From contig JANMJJ010000198.1 of NCBI GenBank assembly GCA_031371325.1, positions 492 to 64,491 of the forward strand: a DNA stretch of 64,000 nt, written 5' to 3'. Below the pieces are notes generated by a model that was not told the origin of the DNA, made no database searches, and saw only the letters and a program-made list of their open reading frames with translations. Both the position numbers and the translations under genes were made by a program. This stretch comes from Akkermansiaceae bacterium (GTDB lineage: Bacteria; Verrucomicrobiota; Verrucomicrobiia; Verrucomicrobiales; Akkermansiaceae). Each line of letters begins with the position of its first letter. Positions within the stretch are counted from its first letter, which is position 1. This document shows, one piece after another, positions 27,287 through 37,894 of this stretch.

Positions 27287-30200
27287 TTATTTCTGCACGA
27301 CGCCTTCCGGGCTGGTCATCGCGGTCCAAATGGCGAGGGCGACGCGGTCGTGCTGACTGAGGGCCGGATCGGCGAGAGCGCCGAGCATGATGCTGCGGGT
27401 GCGGGCGGTCAGGTTGCCGGCGCAGACGAGCAGATCGATGTGATCGACCAACGCGGCAGGACTTTCTGCCAGTAAGAGCGTATCGCTGTAGTCCATTGGC
27501 AATTCCCAGGTCCAACCGGATTTGAAGCCGTCATGCAGATAGTCCCACAGCAGATTTGGAAACGACACTGCGGAGTAAGTGTTGATGATTTGGAAGCCCG
27601 GGCTGACCAAGCCGCCGTTGCGGATTTCGCCCGGTGCCTGATAGACCGGCGTGTAGAAGTTAAAAACGCTCGGCGAGTTCATCGGCTCCTGGATGCTGTA
27701 GCCGTAAAAATTCTCGGTCCAATTCCACCAGACGAACTTCGGGTGCGCCTCGGCGAGATGGAACAGGCGGCCGAGGTGCATCGTGCGGATCACCGGCTCG
27801 CGGACCTTGCCGAACGAGGGCGAGAGCGACGGGTTGCGTGCCTCGGGATCGAGCAGGATCGTTTTGACCACGGCTGCTAGATTCCCGCGGACGCCGGTGC
27901 CGTCGTTCACGAAAACATCCTGCACGCGGTGGATGTAGGCGGGCGAGGGATTATCGGTGACGAGGAACTGGATAAGCTGGCGGCAGACGAACGGCGGCGT
28001 GTTGGAGTGCTCGAAGAGCGCCTCGACGGCGTCGCGCACGTCTTGGATGCCGTTGGTTTCCGAGGCATCGCGGGCCGGGATGACCACGCCGTGCGGCAGA
28101 TGTTTCACCTCGAAATCGTGACGGTCCGGATACATCACCATCGGCAACGTGAAGTGCTCGTCCGCCCAACCGCCGCCGCCCCAGCCGTAGGGCGAGGCGA
28201 AGTAGAGGCCGGTGAAAACGCGGGCGAGTTCGGTGATGTCGCCGTTGTCGTAGGTGGGGATCGGCTCGCCGTTAGAACTGAGCTTGCGGCTGCCATCGGG
28301 ATTGAGTTCCCACAGGCCGATGGTGAAAAGCTGCATGATTTCCCGCGCGTAATTCTCATCCGGATAGCGGGGGATCGACGGGTCGGCCTTTTGATTTCCC
28401 GCGTGGCTGAGATACCAGCCGAGCGACGGATGGAAGGTGACCTCGCGGAGCAGATCGCCGAAGTTGCCGAGCGCGTGGCGGACGAGGACGTCGTAATAGC
28501 TCGTCATTGCCTCGGGCTTCTCCTCGAGGTTCGCATCGCGGCGGGAAACGACGAGGATCTGCGAGAGCGCGAAGGCGACACGCTGGCGGAGTTGGTCCTC
28601 CCCGGCGATGGCGTTGCGGGCGAATGGCGTGGTGACGTTGTTGCCATAGACGAACTTGTCCTGGTCGCTGAAATTGTAAGTTAGGTCGGCACGCGGCCCC
28701 GCGCCATCGGCTTTGATTTCACGGATGTAGGGCTGGAGCAGCGATGGAGGAAGGGTGATCTGGGCGTCGATCCACGCGGAATAGCCGAGGCCTCTAACTT
28801 CCTGGATGGCCGCCAAGGTGGGACCGAATGAAGCCTGCATCAGAAAGCGCGACGCATTCACTGGCGATGGCTTGCCCGCTGCGGTGCTGCCACTCGTGCC
28901 GCCGGTGGGAGACGATCCTTGGAGTCGGTCCAACAGCGCCACCGCATCCCCGGCGAGGGTTTGGCCGTTGGCTTTCACCAGCGACTGCCCGAGCGAGCCG
29001 GTGCTAGTAGGTGAAGAACCGAGCACCTGGTTTTCGGCCCAGTCCTCGACTCCGTCGCCATCGGTATCGAACGGCTGAATCCCCGTGCGATAGAAAAATT
29101 TCCCGCTGGCCGGGGGAAACACCGCAGGGATCGTGAGCTGCCTGCGCCCGCCGACGATGGCTGACGCAGGAAGACCCGTCGCGGTTTGCCAGCCGTTGAG
29201 CCCGCCGCTGGTTTCGACGTGCTGGGCCTTGTCCGGGAGGTTGGTCCACGACAGGACGAAGTTGTTAGCAGAGCGCCAGGCTGTGAGATCGAGGTGCGAG
29301 TTGGCGTCGTCGGGGTTGGTGCCGGCCTTGCTTTCATTGAGGTTGCTCACGCCGTCGCCATCGTCGTCGGCAGCGGGCAGCCGGTGTTTTCCGCCGCTCC
29401 ACAGGACCCATGAGTCGGACAGGCCGTCGCCATCGAGGTCGTCGATCTTGCCGGTGAAGTTGAACCACCCAGGAAAGTTCGCGGCGGATAGAGGGTTGAA
29501 GCCACGTAGAAGCTCGACGCCGTCGGAAGCGCCATCGCCGTCGCTGTCGGCAACGCGCGGGTTGGTCCCTGCTAGAAATTCCTTGAGGTTGGACAGCCCG
29601 TCCGAGTCGGCGTCCAACAGGGCATCGGTGGCGCTGGCGGGATTGAACGAATTCGCGGTTTCCCACGCATCGGTCATGCCGTCGCAGTCCGTGTCCATAG
29701 GGGCGAGCGGGTTCGGCGTGATGAGGGCAAGGACGCCGACTTCTTTCCAAAAAGTCATTTGCCCAACGACTCCGCTCTGATTTTTCCAAAGCGTGGTCCC
29801 GGAGATCAACGAGGGATCGGTGGCAACGGCGGAATTGTCCGAGTATGAAGCGAGAGTGACCGGGGCCGCAGGGTTCGTTAGATCGGCGATCAGGAAATTG
29901 AGCGTCCAGAGATTCACCGCCGGATTCGGTTGGACTGCGGTGAATTCCATGCGCAGCGGCAGCGAATCATCCGCCGGGCCATAGCCGCTGAAGCCGAAGG
30001 CGCGGGTGCGGTCGGTGGGTGAGGTATTCCAATCGCTGTCCCAGAAACCGTCGTTAGGGAGTCCGTTGCGATGGAACACCCCTTCGATGCCGCGGAAACG
30101 ATGCACCAGCTTGCCATGGACATAACGGATGCCCATCCCGATCTGGCGGCTCCAACCGCTCTGGTTGATGTCGGCCACGGCTTCACACAGCATCGTCTCG

Positions 30201-32263
30201 TCGGAATTGATCGCTCCTAACATTGACTGCTCGTGATTCCAGAGCACGCGCAGATTGTCGATCCGCCAGCGCCAGGTGCGGGTGGCGGCGGTCCAGATCG
30301 GCACCGGCGGCGGCGTGCTCGCGGCGGAGAGCGGATTGGAGCCATAGGTGCGCTCGACCGCGTCGGTGAAGCCGTCGTTGTCGCTATCAGCTAGAGTGGG
30401 CGCCGACGGGAAGGGCGTCCCGTTGATCTCGTCGCCGTCGGTCAGGCCGTCGTCGTCGCTGTCGGGATCGAGCGGCGAGGTGCCATGGGCGGCTTCCGCA
30501 CCGTCGGCGATGCCGTCATGGTCGCTGTCCGGCTGATGGGGATCGGTGCCGGCGGCGATTTCTGCGGCGTTGCTCATGCCGTCGGCGTCCGCATCGGCGG
30601 TGGCGTCGGCCACGGCGGGATTGAAATGATTCTCGATTTCGACCGCGTCCGCCATGCCATCGCCGTCGGTATCCGTGCCGCTGTCGATGATCTGGATGCC
30701 ATGAATCGCCACGACATCGTTGTCGATGGCGGTGAGGGTGACGGACTGGGCCGATCCGGTTAGGTGGCGGTAGCGGACGATGTTTCCGGGTAAAATCGCG
30801 GCCTGGGTGCTCGCGGTGACTTCCTTCCAGCCGAGGAAAGGCGGGCTTGAGGACGCCACGAAATAGCGGTCGGTCGCCGGATCGCTGCCACGGCGGAGCA
30901 CCCCGCGGGCGTAGGGATAAATTTGCCCGACATACACGAGCAGGTCGTAGCTGGCGTAGGGAATCCCGGTTAGACTGACCGTGGCGGGTGTATTCGTTGC
31001 AGGGGTGCGCTGCGCTAAGATCATGCCGCCTAGCAGACGTGCGTCCCCCACCCCTTTGTGAAGACCCTCGCTGGAATAATGATACGACCAGCTTGCCGCC
31101 GCAGTGGTGGCTTGGCCGCGGTGGTTTTTCAGGGCGGCCTTGGACGCGTTTAGCACCGTGCCGTCGGGCACCCACCCTGGCAACGGATCCGAGGCATTCC
31201 ACCGCGGCAGGCGGAAATAGCCAGCCGGCTCTCCCGCGCCGAGGGGCGCGGCGGCTTGCGATTCGCAGATGAACTGGAGGCCGATCGCGCCCGGAAAATT
31301 GAAGGGCACAGACGCCGGATTCGCGGGGTTGCTGCCTTGTTCGAGCTCGATGTTATCCAGATAGGTGTCGCCATCGGTATCGGCGAGCAAGGGACTGCTG
31401 GTGGTTTCCCGGCCATCTGCCAGACCGTCCCCATCCGTGTCCTGGTTCAACGGGTTCGTGCCGAGAGTCGCCTCCTGCAAATCCGTTAGCCCGTCATTGT
31501 CGCTGTCTGGATCGGTGGGGTTGGTGCCTGCCAAAAACTCGGCGAGGTCGCTCCGACCGTCCGCGTCGGGATCGAGCAAGGCGTCCGCTGCATTGGCATC
31601 ACTGAGTCCGTAGATTTCCTCGAACCACAACGCCATGCCATCGCCATCAGCATCTGTCAGGGCGTCGGAATCCGCCTCCAGCGCGACGAAATCCAAGCTG
31701 ATGTAGCCGCCGGTCGCGCCACCCGTGCGTTCGATTTGCAAAGTGTTCGCGCCGGCGACGGCGGAAACCGACGCGGCGGAAACAGTGAAGACCAGCGTGG
31801 TGTTGGCAGTGATGGCGGTGCGGCTGCCGACCGGATGGCCGTTGAACGTCACCGCGACATCGTGTTTGGAATAGCCGGGAAGCGAGCCGTTGATCCAAGC
31901 CCCGCCACCGATTAGATCGACGGTGACCCGCAACCGCGAGGTCGCGAATGCCTGCGCGGCGGTCAGCGGGAAATGGATGCGGTCCCGTGGGTCGCCCTCG
32001 GTGACAGCCCGCTCGACAAGCGCGAGGTTCTCGTTTGCGGCGAGCACTCCGACGGGTGCCGGATAGGTTCCGGCGAAGTAGTAGTCGTCGTCCTTTGCCA
32101 CCGGCGAACCCGGAGCGAGGTTGGAGAAAAAACTTTCCTGGGAAAACGGCGTGCTATTCCCGTCATCGATGCCGAGTTGCCAGACGGGCGCGAATTGGGC
32201 GGCTGCCGCGAACCCCAGAAGTTGAGCGGTGGCTCCGATGACGTGAACAACAAGGCGGGACAT
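27287..32263 (-). CDS. Large secreted DUF1800 family protein with DxDxDG (TSP3-like) repeats and N-terminal beta-sandwich domains
   Basis: C-terminal ASRFLMQASFG, QLRQRVAFALSQILVVS, PDENYAREIMQLFTIGL, NTPPFVCRQLIQFLV, GKVREP. Many DSDxDG repeats; N-terminal signal peptide. Confidence 0.9.
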   Translation of the reverse strand: MSRLVVHVIGATAQLLGFAAAAQFAPVWQLGIDDGNSTPFSQESFFSNLAPGSPVAKDDDYYFAGTYPAPVGVLAANENLALVERAVTEGDPRDRIHFPLTAAQAFATSRLRVTVDLIGGGAWINGSLPGYSKHDVAVTFNGHPVGSRTAITANTTLVFTVSAASVSAVAGANTLQIERTGGATGGYISLDFVALEADSDALTDADGDGMALWFEEIYGLSDANAADALLDPDADGRSDLAEFLAGTNPTDPDSDNDGLTDLQEATLGTNPLNQDTDGDGLADGRETTSSPLLADTDGDTYLDNIELEQGSNPANPASVPFNFPGAIGLQFICESQAAAPLGAGEPAGYFRLPRWNASDPLPGWVPDGTVLNASKAALKNHRGQATTAAASWSYHYSSEGLHKGVGDARLLGGMILAQRTPATNTPATVSLTGIPYASYDLLVYVGQIYPYARGVLRRGSDPATDRYFVASSSPPFLGWKEVTASTQAAILPGNIVRYRHLTGSAQSVTLTAIDNDVVAIHGIQIIDSGTDTDGDGMADAVEIENHFNPAVADATADADADGMSNAAEIAAGTDPHQPDSDHDGIADGAEAAHGTSPLDPDSDDDGLTDGDEINGTPFPSAPTLADSDNDGFTDAVERTYGSNPLSAASTPPPVPIWTAATRTWRWRIDNLRVLWNHEQSMLGAINSDETMLCEAVADINQSGWSRQIGMGIRYVHGKLVHRFRGIEGVFHRNGLPNDGFWDSDWNTSPTDRTRAFGFSGYGPADDSLPLRMEFTAVQPNPAVNLWTLNFLIADLTNPAAPVTLASYSDNSAVATDPSLISGTTLWKNQSGVVGQMTFWKEVGVLALITPNPLAPMDTDCDGMTDAWETANSFNPASATDALLDADSDGLSNLKEFLAGTNPRVADSDGDGASDGVELLRGFNPLSAANFPGWFNFTGKIDDLDGDGLSDSWVLWSGGKHRLPAADDDGDGVSNLNESKAGTNPDDANSHLDLTAWRSANNFVLSWTNLPDKAQHVETSGGLNGWQTATGLPASAIVGGRRQLTIPAVFPPASGKFFYRTGIQPFDTDGDGVEDWAENQVLGSSPTSTGSLGQSLVKANGQTLAGDAVALLDRLQGSSPTGGTSGSTAAGKPSPVNASRFLMQASFGPTLAAIQEVRGLGYSAWIDAQITLPPSLLQPYIREIKADGAGPRADLTYNFSDQDKFVYGNNVTTPFARNAIAGEDQLRQRVAFALSQILVVSRRDANLEEKPEAMTSYYDVLVRHALGNFGDLLREVTFHPSLGWYLSHAGNQKADPSIPRYPDENYAREIMQLFTIGLWELNPDGSRKLSSNGEPIPTYDNGDITELARVFTGLYFASPYGWGGGGWADEHFTLPMVMYPDRHDFEVKHLPHGVVIPARDASETNGIQDVRDAVEALFEHSNTPPFVCRQLIQFLVTDNPSPAYIHRVQDVFVNDGTGVRGNLAAVVKTILLDPEARNPSLSPSFGKVREPVIRTMHLGRLFHLAEAHPKFVWWNWTENFYGYSIQEPMNSPSVFNFYTPVYQAPGEIRNGGLVSPGFQIINTYSAVSFPNLLWDYLHDGFKSGWTWELPMDYSDTLLLAESPAALVDHIDLLVCAGNLTARTRSIMLGALADPALSQHDRVALAIWTAMTSPEGVVQK

Positions 32264-32302
32264 GGAAGCGGGGAAGCTGCCCCATTTGCAGTAAATTTCA
32301 AT

Positions 32303-32591
32303 TCATCGTTTCCGAAAAAGCAAAAGGACGCCAGTCAGACCAATGAGCAAGACCGCCGACGGCTCGGGGATCGCCCGGACATTATCGACCATGAAAGAGC
32401 TGGCGACCTTGGCCCCGCGGAAATCGACCGCAGCGGAATGAAGGATCCGCAGCTCGCTAACAGCCGCGAGGGTGGCCGCTGGTCCACTCATGGATGCCGG
32501 AGAAATTTTCGAGCTGGTTGAGCGTCACCGCAGCTTGGAGCGGCAGGCTCAGGCATACGGCGGCCAGCAGGCATCGGAGGGTTCCTTTCAC
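32303..32591 (-). pseudogene. PEP-CTERM protein with an internal frameshifting deletion
   Basis: One frame gives MKGTLRCLLAAVCLSLPLQAAVTLNQLENFSGIHEWTSGHP (signal peptide). Another gives AATLAAVSELRILHS...VDNVRAIPEPSAVLLIGLTGVLLLFRKR* (PEP-CTERM). Frames switch at 32470-32480. Confidence 0.8.
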
Positions 32592-32665
32592 TTTCGCGAC
32601 GATGGCAGCGCGAATGATTTGCTCCAGAGAAAATTCCTGTGGAGACTCAGCCCGCTTCCCGCCCC

Positions 32666-33334
32666 ATGAAAATCACCCGCACCCTCGCGACCTGCACCAC
32701 CCCCGACGGAGCCCGGCTCACGCTGCACGAGCACGACGGCCACTATTTCCTCAAGGTCGCCGGCCTGCAATTGATGAGCACCACCGCCTCGTCGTCCGAG
32801 GAACAAATGGCGGAACTCTCGTGCGCCCACTTGCCGCCGAAGCCGCGCATCCTCATCGGCGGACTCGGCTTCGGTTTCACCCTCAAACGGGTGCTCGCTC
32901 TAACCGGACCCGCCGCCATCGTGGACGTCGCGGAACTTTTGCCCGAAGTGGTCGCCTGGAACCGCGAGTTCCTATCCGAGGTGAACGGCAAGCTGCTGGA
33001 CGACCCGCGCGTGGAAATCCACCTCCGCGACGTTTACGAACTGATCGACCGTTGTGGCAACGACCGCTACGACGCCATCCTGCTAGACGTGGACAACGGC
33101 CCGGACCCGTTCGTCCAGAAAGGCAACGAACGACTTTACGCGCCGCCGGGAATCCACCGGATCAAGAACGCGCTGCAACCGGAGGGCCGCGTGATTTTCT
33201 GGTCCGCGCATCCGGACAAGTCGTTCGCTCGCTCGCTGGAGAGCGCGTTCAAGCACGTCGAATGCATTTCGGCGAAAGCCTATCCCAAGGCCAAGCGTTT
33301 CACCCACACGCTGTTCGTCGCAGACCGCGATTAA
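32666..33334 (+). CDS. Spermidine synthase-like SAM-binding protein
   Basis: LIGGLGFGFTL, AELLPEVVAWN, DAILLDVDNGP. Confidence 0.85.
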   Translation: MKITRTLATCTTPDGARLTLHEHDGHYFLKVAGLQLMSTTASSSEEQMAELSCAHLPPKPRILIGGLGFGFTLKRVLALTGPAAIVDVAELLPEVVAWNREFLSEVNGKLLDDPRVEIHLRDVYELIDRCGNDRYDAILLDVDNGPDPFVQKGNERLYAPPGIHRIKNALQPEGRVIFWSAHPDKSFARSLESAFKHVECISAKAYPKAKRFTHTLFVADRD

Positions 33335-33338
33335 AAAA

Positions 33339-33917
33339 TCACGGCTTGTTTTTGATCAGGCGGTAACGGTCGTGATAGACGCCGGCGTTGAATTTCCGGC
33401 AGCATTCGTAACAGGCGACCGCCCGCTGGATCGGCCGCACCCGGTGGATCACGGCGAAGCAATTCGAGCAGACATAAGCGTGGTTGCGCTTCAACTTGCG
33501 GCGCTTGAACGGCAGCGTGTGATACGGTTGCTCACCCGGGATTCCCAGGTCGGTGCATGCCGTTTGCCACTCGGCCCCATGAGGATCGATGCGGCGGCGG
33601 CCACAACGTTCGTAGGCGACGAGATGCGCGAGCTCGTGCTTGAGGGTGCGCCAGAGTTCCTCGGGCTCGCAGTCCCTGAGCTTCGGATTGAGCTCGATCG
33701 ACCGATCCGGCCACCACGCGCGGCCGGCGGTGGTCTGCATCCGCGGGTTCCAAGACACCCGCACCTTGCGGGCGAGCTCGTTGAGGGAAAGCGATTTCGA
33801 AGCCTCCGCGCACCACGCCGTTAGACCGCTATCATCCCGCACGGGCTTGGTTTGCGGGGTCGCCGGAGCCTTCAAAACGCTGAACCACGAGGTCCAGCGG
33901 AATTCAAGTTGCGGCAT
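33339..33917 (-). CDS. SprT-like zinc metalloprotease
   Basis: WNPRMQTTAGRA, TLKHELAH, PHGAEW, CSNC..CYEC. Confidence 0.88.
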   Translation of the reverse strand: MPQLEFRWTSWFSVLKAPATPQTKPVRDDSGLTAWCAEASKSLSLNELARKVRVSWNPRMQTTAGRAWWPDRSIELNPKLRDCEPEELWRTLKHELAHLVAYERCGRRRIDPHGAEWQTACTDLGIPGEQPYHTLPFKRRKLKRNHAYVCSNCFAVIHRVRPIQRAVACYECCRKFNAGVYHDRYRLIKNKP

Positions 33918-34031
33918 GCTTCGACCCATTGGAAAGATGGCTACCAGCTTTCCTGAAAAATGGCAACAGGCGCGTCACGCGAATCGCGTTTTTAGAAACT
34001 TCGCGCCGTGTCTTCTGCTGTGCTGCCGGGA

Positions 34032-34614
34032 TCAGGAACCTTCGGGAAAACTCGACACCGCCACTTGCCGTTTCCTGGTTTCCTCACCCATCATGGATGG
34101 AGCATCCGGATCCATGACGGAACCCTCACCAAAGATCTCGCGTTTCAATATCCGGAAAATCGGCATCTGCTTTTTACGGTGCAGCCCGTAGGTCGGTTCC
34201 TTGCAAGCGTTCACGATGCGCTGGCGGAGCTTTTTCAGTTCCTCGTAGATTCTCTTCCAGTTGTTGGCGAACTCTTCGAAAATCCTTCTCAACGCTTCTG
34301 CAAACGAAGCCTGCAATTCAGGATCATCATTCAGCTCCACGTCGAGGTGATGGTGCGCAGCTTGGGCGGAATGCCTTTCATGCTCAACCTGCCATCCCGG
34401 AAATGCTTCGCCGCCATTTCATTGATTGCGACGAGGGATTGAAAGTCCCCCATGTAGTCGAGCGCCTGCCTGGCGGGAAAGACGAGGTTCAAATTCTTGG
34501 TGAACTTCTTGAATAGGCCCATGAACTCGAAGCGCAGATCCTCATCGTAAAACACGTCGTAAAACGCGTCGTAAAACGCGTCGGCGTCGTTGAGGTCCGT
34601 CAAACCCTGCTGCT
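34032..34614 (-). pseudogene. hsdR: Type I RM restriction subunit HsdR, C-terminal fragments
   Basis: FYDEDLRFEF..FKKF.K.L..VFP..AL.Y and LSMKGIPPKLR.I, then in a shifted frame DDPELQASF.E.L..IFEEF..NW..IYEEL, recall the HsdR C-terminal (DUF3387-like) region. A 12-bp tandem duplication gives DAFY-DAFY-DVFY. Confidence 0.65.
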
Positions 34615-35191
34615 TCAGGAATCAATGTGTTCGAACTGGGCGTTGCGCTCGACAGAGTTTCCCTCCTCCTTGGTTTTGCTCATGGCTTGCAAACTGTAGC
34701 CGAGTTGTTTGAGGAGAGTGGCCACCGAGCGCTCGCTGATCTGATGCCCCATGGCCTGAAGTTCGGCGGCCAGTTTGGCGGTGCTTTTGGCTGTCCAAAA
34801 CAAGGCGCTTTCGGGATGCCTGCGGGTCGCCGGAGAGACCAGGCTGTCAAGATCAGCAAGCAGGGTCGGGTTCTTGGTGGTGAGTTTCTTGCGTCCGCCG
34901 CCTTGCCGTCGGCTGGCATGAGGAGGCAGTGATGGTTTGGCGTCATCACCTTCGGCAAGTTCCCTAATCCCCCGGGCGACGGTCTCCCGGCCAAGACCGG
35001 TGATCTGAGCCATCATTTTGATTCCGCCATGACCCAAGCTGCGAGCCTCGGCGGAGGCCCAAAGCCTCAAACCCCGCTCGGTCAAAGTCGTCCGGATCGC
35101 TGCAAATTTGTCGGCCAAAACATCGGATTTGATCATTTATGATCCTTAGCTTTTCCAAACTAAAAGGCAATATTTGTTTTTGCGGGAGTCC
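34615..35191 (-). mobile_element. ISAzo13-family IS, left end and truncated transposase
   Basis: L.ER..RLWA.AEA..LGHGG, RR.GGGRK, L..LV.P.TR..PES.L.WT.KS..KLA.EL...GH, L...GYSLQ, RNAQFEHI match the ISAzo13 transposase N-half. The DDE half is missing. Confidence 0.85.
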
Positions 35192-35373
35192 TTAGGAATG
35201 ATGAATCCCGGTTTCGCTGGCTCGGGAGGGGGTGGAGTGCCATCCGGGAGATTGCCGAGGACGCGGGCGGTGATGGGCGATGACGTTTCTCGTGGCGTAA
35301 TTTTTTCGTCTTGGGAAAAAGCCGACGAAAGGCAGGAAAGCGCGGCCAGTAAAACGAGGGGGATTGGTTTCAT
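35192..35373 (-). pseudogene. 5' end of a secreted-protein gene interrupted by the IS
   Basis: MKPIPLVLLAALSCLSSAFSQ signal peptide followed by ARVLGNLPDGTPPPPEPAKPGFIIPK, then runs into the IS end. Confidence 0.6.
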
Positions 35374-35642
35374 AAGGAAGGCAGGATCGAGGAAGTCCTT
35401 CCTAGTGGACGGGTGAGTGAGGCGCAATCCCCAACAGATTGGCAAGGATCAATCTGGGCAGATGCAGGAAGTCCGTCTAGCCGCCGAAAGTGGTTCCATT
35501 CAAAGAACCCCCACCGCCACAGCGAGGAGTCCCCTTGCCACACAAGGCCGGTTTCCGCCAAGCAGGACAAGGGGATTGCCAATGAAACAAACTCGACACC
35601 CTTCCCCCATCACCGCCAGTGTCTGCGCCACGCGGCCGCCGC

Positions 35643-37010
35643 ATGAATTTTTCCCGCACCCACCTCCTGCGATTCCTCCTGCCCCTGGTGCTCGCCGCTT
35701 TGGGTGCCGCGCTTTGCGCCGTGCTGATCCCCGCGGAAACGGAGGCCGTCAAACAGCAGCTCATCGGCTTTCCGGATTCAGATGTGCAAGCCCACCAGGC
35801 GCGGCCGATGATCCTCGCGGCCCTGTGCTTTTTGCCAGCGCTGGCCGCTTTCATCTACACTCTCGGCGGCACCATGGACCGCTACATCGCCCGCCAGTTC
35901 GCCGGGATTTTCTGCGTCTGCCTGGCCGCCCTAGCGGTGATCTGGCTGCTGATGGACGTGAGCAACCGGATCTCGGATTTCCGGGATGCCAAAAACATCC
36001 TGCACACCGTCGCCACCTTTTATGCCATCCGCTCGCCCGCCGTGCTGTTGCTGCTGCTGCCCTACAGCTTGCTGTTAGCCCTGCTGTATTCGTTGGGAAA
36101 ACTCTCGGGCACCCGCGAAGTCATCGCGATGATCCAAGGCGGCCGCAGCGTGATCCGGATCACCATGCCGCTGATCATCGCCGGGATGTTTTTCAGCCTG
36201 CTGAGCCTCGGCTTGAACTACCACTGGGCGCCCAATGCCGAGGGCCGCGTCGATGAAATCTTGGACGAAGCCGGCGGCAAGCTTCCGATCAAGGCTCCCA
36301 ACGTGCTCTATCGGAATCCCGCCGACCGCCGCTTGTGGGAGATCGGTGCCTTTCCCAAGGACTACCACAAGGGCGAGCCGCTGATCGACGTCGAGGTCAC
36401 CACCACTCGCGAGGACAAGACCTTGGAAAGCCGGCTGTATGCCAAGCACGCGTCGTGGGACCGCAGCGGCCACCGCTGGACCTTCGAGCAGCCGCTCGTC
36501 GGAAATTTCCCGCCCAACTCGCCTCCGATTTTTGAAACCCATACCGAGCCGCTGGTCATCGACACCTGGCCGGAAACCCCGTGGCAACTCATCAAGCCCG
36601 GCCTAAGCGCCGCCAATCTCGGCGTGCCGGACCTCGCCGGCTGGCTCCAGGCCAACACCCGCCGCGGCCCCTTCGCCGATCCCGCGCCGTATCTCACGCA
36701 GTGGCATTACCGCTGGGCGCTGCCCTTCACCTGCATGGTCACCGTGCTGTTAGCCACGCCGCTGGCGATCCACTTTTCCCGCCGTGGCCCGGGCGGCGGC
36801 ATCTTCCTGGCCGTGGTGCTGTCCGCGCTGATGTTGCTGTGCATCAGCATCTCTCTGGCGCTCGGCGAAGCCGGCACACTCCGCCCCGCACTCGCCGCCT
36901 GGCTGCCCAACATTGCATTCACCCTGCTCGGCCTCTATCTCTTCCGCCGCCGGATCACCGGCCAACCGATCTATCTGATTTTGCGCAAGCTGCTTCCCGG
37001 AAATGACTAA
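35643..37010 (+). CDS. LptF/LptG family LPS export permease
   Basis: TMDRYIARQF, LLPYSLLLALLYSLGKLSGTREVIAM..GG.S..RI, HYRWALPF, AAWLPN. Confidence 0.88.
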   Translation: MNFSRTHLLRFLLPLVLAALGAALCAVLIPAETEAVKQQLIGFPDSDVQAHQARPMILAALCFLPALAAFIYTLGGTMDRYIARQFAGIFCVCLAALAVIWLLMDVSNRISDFRDAKNILHTVATFYAIRSPAVLLLLLPYSLLLALLYSLGKLSGTREVIAMIQGGRSVIRITMPLIIAGMFFSLLSLGLNYHWAPNAEGRVDEILDEAGGKLPIKAPNVLYRNPADRRLWEIGAFPKDYHKGEPLIDVEVTTTREDKTLESRLYAKHASWDRSGHRWTFEQPLVGNFPPNSPPIFETHTEPLVIDTWPETPWQLIKPGLSAANLGVPDLAGWLQANTRRGPFADPAPYLTQWHYRWALPFTCMVTVLLATPLAIHFSRRGPGGGIFLAVVLSALMLLCISISLALGEAGTLRPALAAWLPNIAFTLLGLYLFRRRITGQPIYLILRKLLPGND

Positions 37011-37024
37011 CCCACCGCTCTCCC

Positions 37025-37648
37025 ATGGCCCTCGCTGAACCCTGGCATGTCCGTTCCCGCGGCCGCGAATGCGCCGCCACCCAGCGCCCCTTCGTCGATG
37101 GCGAGACCATCGTCACCGCGCTATTCCCCGATCCCGAATCCAGCGGCTACCTCCGCCGCGACTATTGCGTCGAAGGCTGGAAGACCCATCAGGAAACCGG
37201 CGGGGCACCCTTCTCCTCCTGGCGCACCACCTACACCGCTGCCCCTAACAACGAAGCCGCCCTCGCCGCCGAAAAACTCAGCGCCGAGGAAATCCTCCAG
37301 CGCCTCGTCGAGGAAGACGAGGACCACACCGAGAACGCCCGCTTCATCCTCGCCGTGATGCTCGAGCGCCAGAAACTCCTGCGCGAAACCGACAGCCAGC
37401 GCACCCCCACCGGCATCCTCCGCGTGTACGAACACCGCAAAACCGGCGAGGTCTTCATCGTCAAGGACCCCGACATCGCGCTCAGCGACATCGAGGCGGT
37501 GCAGCAGGAAGTGTTCATTCTGTTGGAGAACAACGGCCGCTCGCCGGCTCCGGCTGAAGAACCGCAGGCAAAAGCAGTGGCGGAAACTGCAACGGAAGCC
37601 GACCTCCCGCCCGACGCTGATTCTAACGAAATCAAAGCGCCCGAGTGA
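37025..37648 (+). CDS. Conserved hypothetical protein
   Basis: Strong GC3 codon bias, co-oriented with lptF/G. Motifs RRDYC..GW and FILAVMLERQKLL. Confidence 0.75.
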   Translation: MALAEPWHVRSRGRECAATQRPFVDGETIVTALFPDPESSGYLRRDYCVEGWKTHQETGGAPFSSWRTTYTAAPNNEAALAAEKLSAEEILQRLVEEDEDHTENARFILAVMLERQKLLRETDSQRTPTGILRVYEHRKTGEVFIVKDPDIALSDIEAVQQEVFILLENNGRSPAPAEEPQAKAVAETATEADLPPDADSNEIKAPE

Positions 37649-37894
37649 GCCACCGCGTGGAGTGCGGCAGCGGCGACACCGCATTGGATTCTTGGAAGTG
37701 CGCTGCGGACAAAATCCTCCCCCAAGCAAGCCAAAGGTCAGCCGCCCGATGCATGTGTGCCGCAGCACATGCGGCGTCACAGTCACCGATAAGCCCGCTT
37801 TCTCCGCGCAGCGGCAAGTGGACAGAAATGTCCACTCCCCCCTATTGTGCCCACCACTTCCAGTGACACCCGTCCCGCCGGCATCCCCGGCAGC

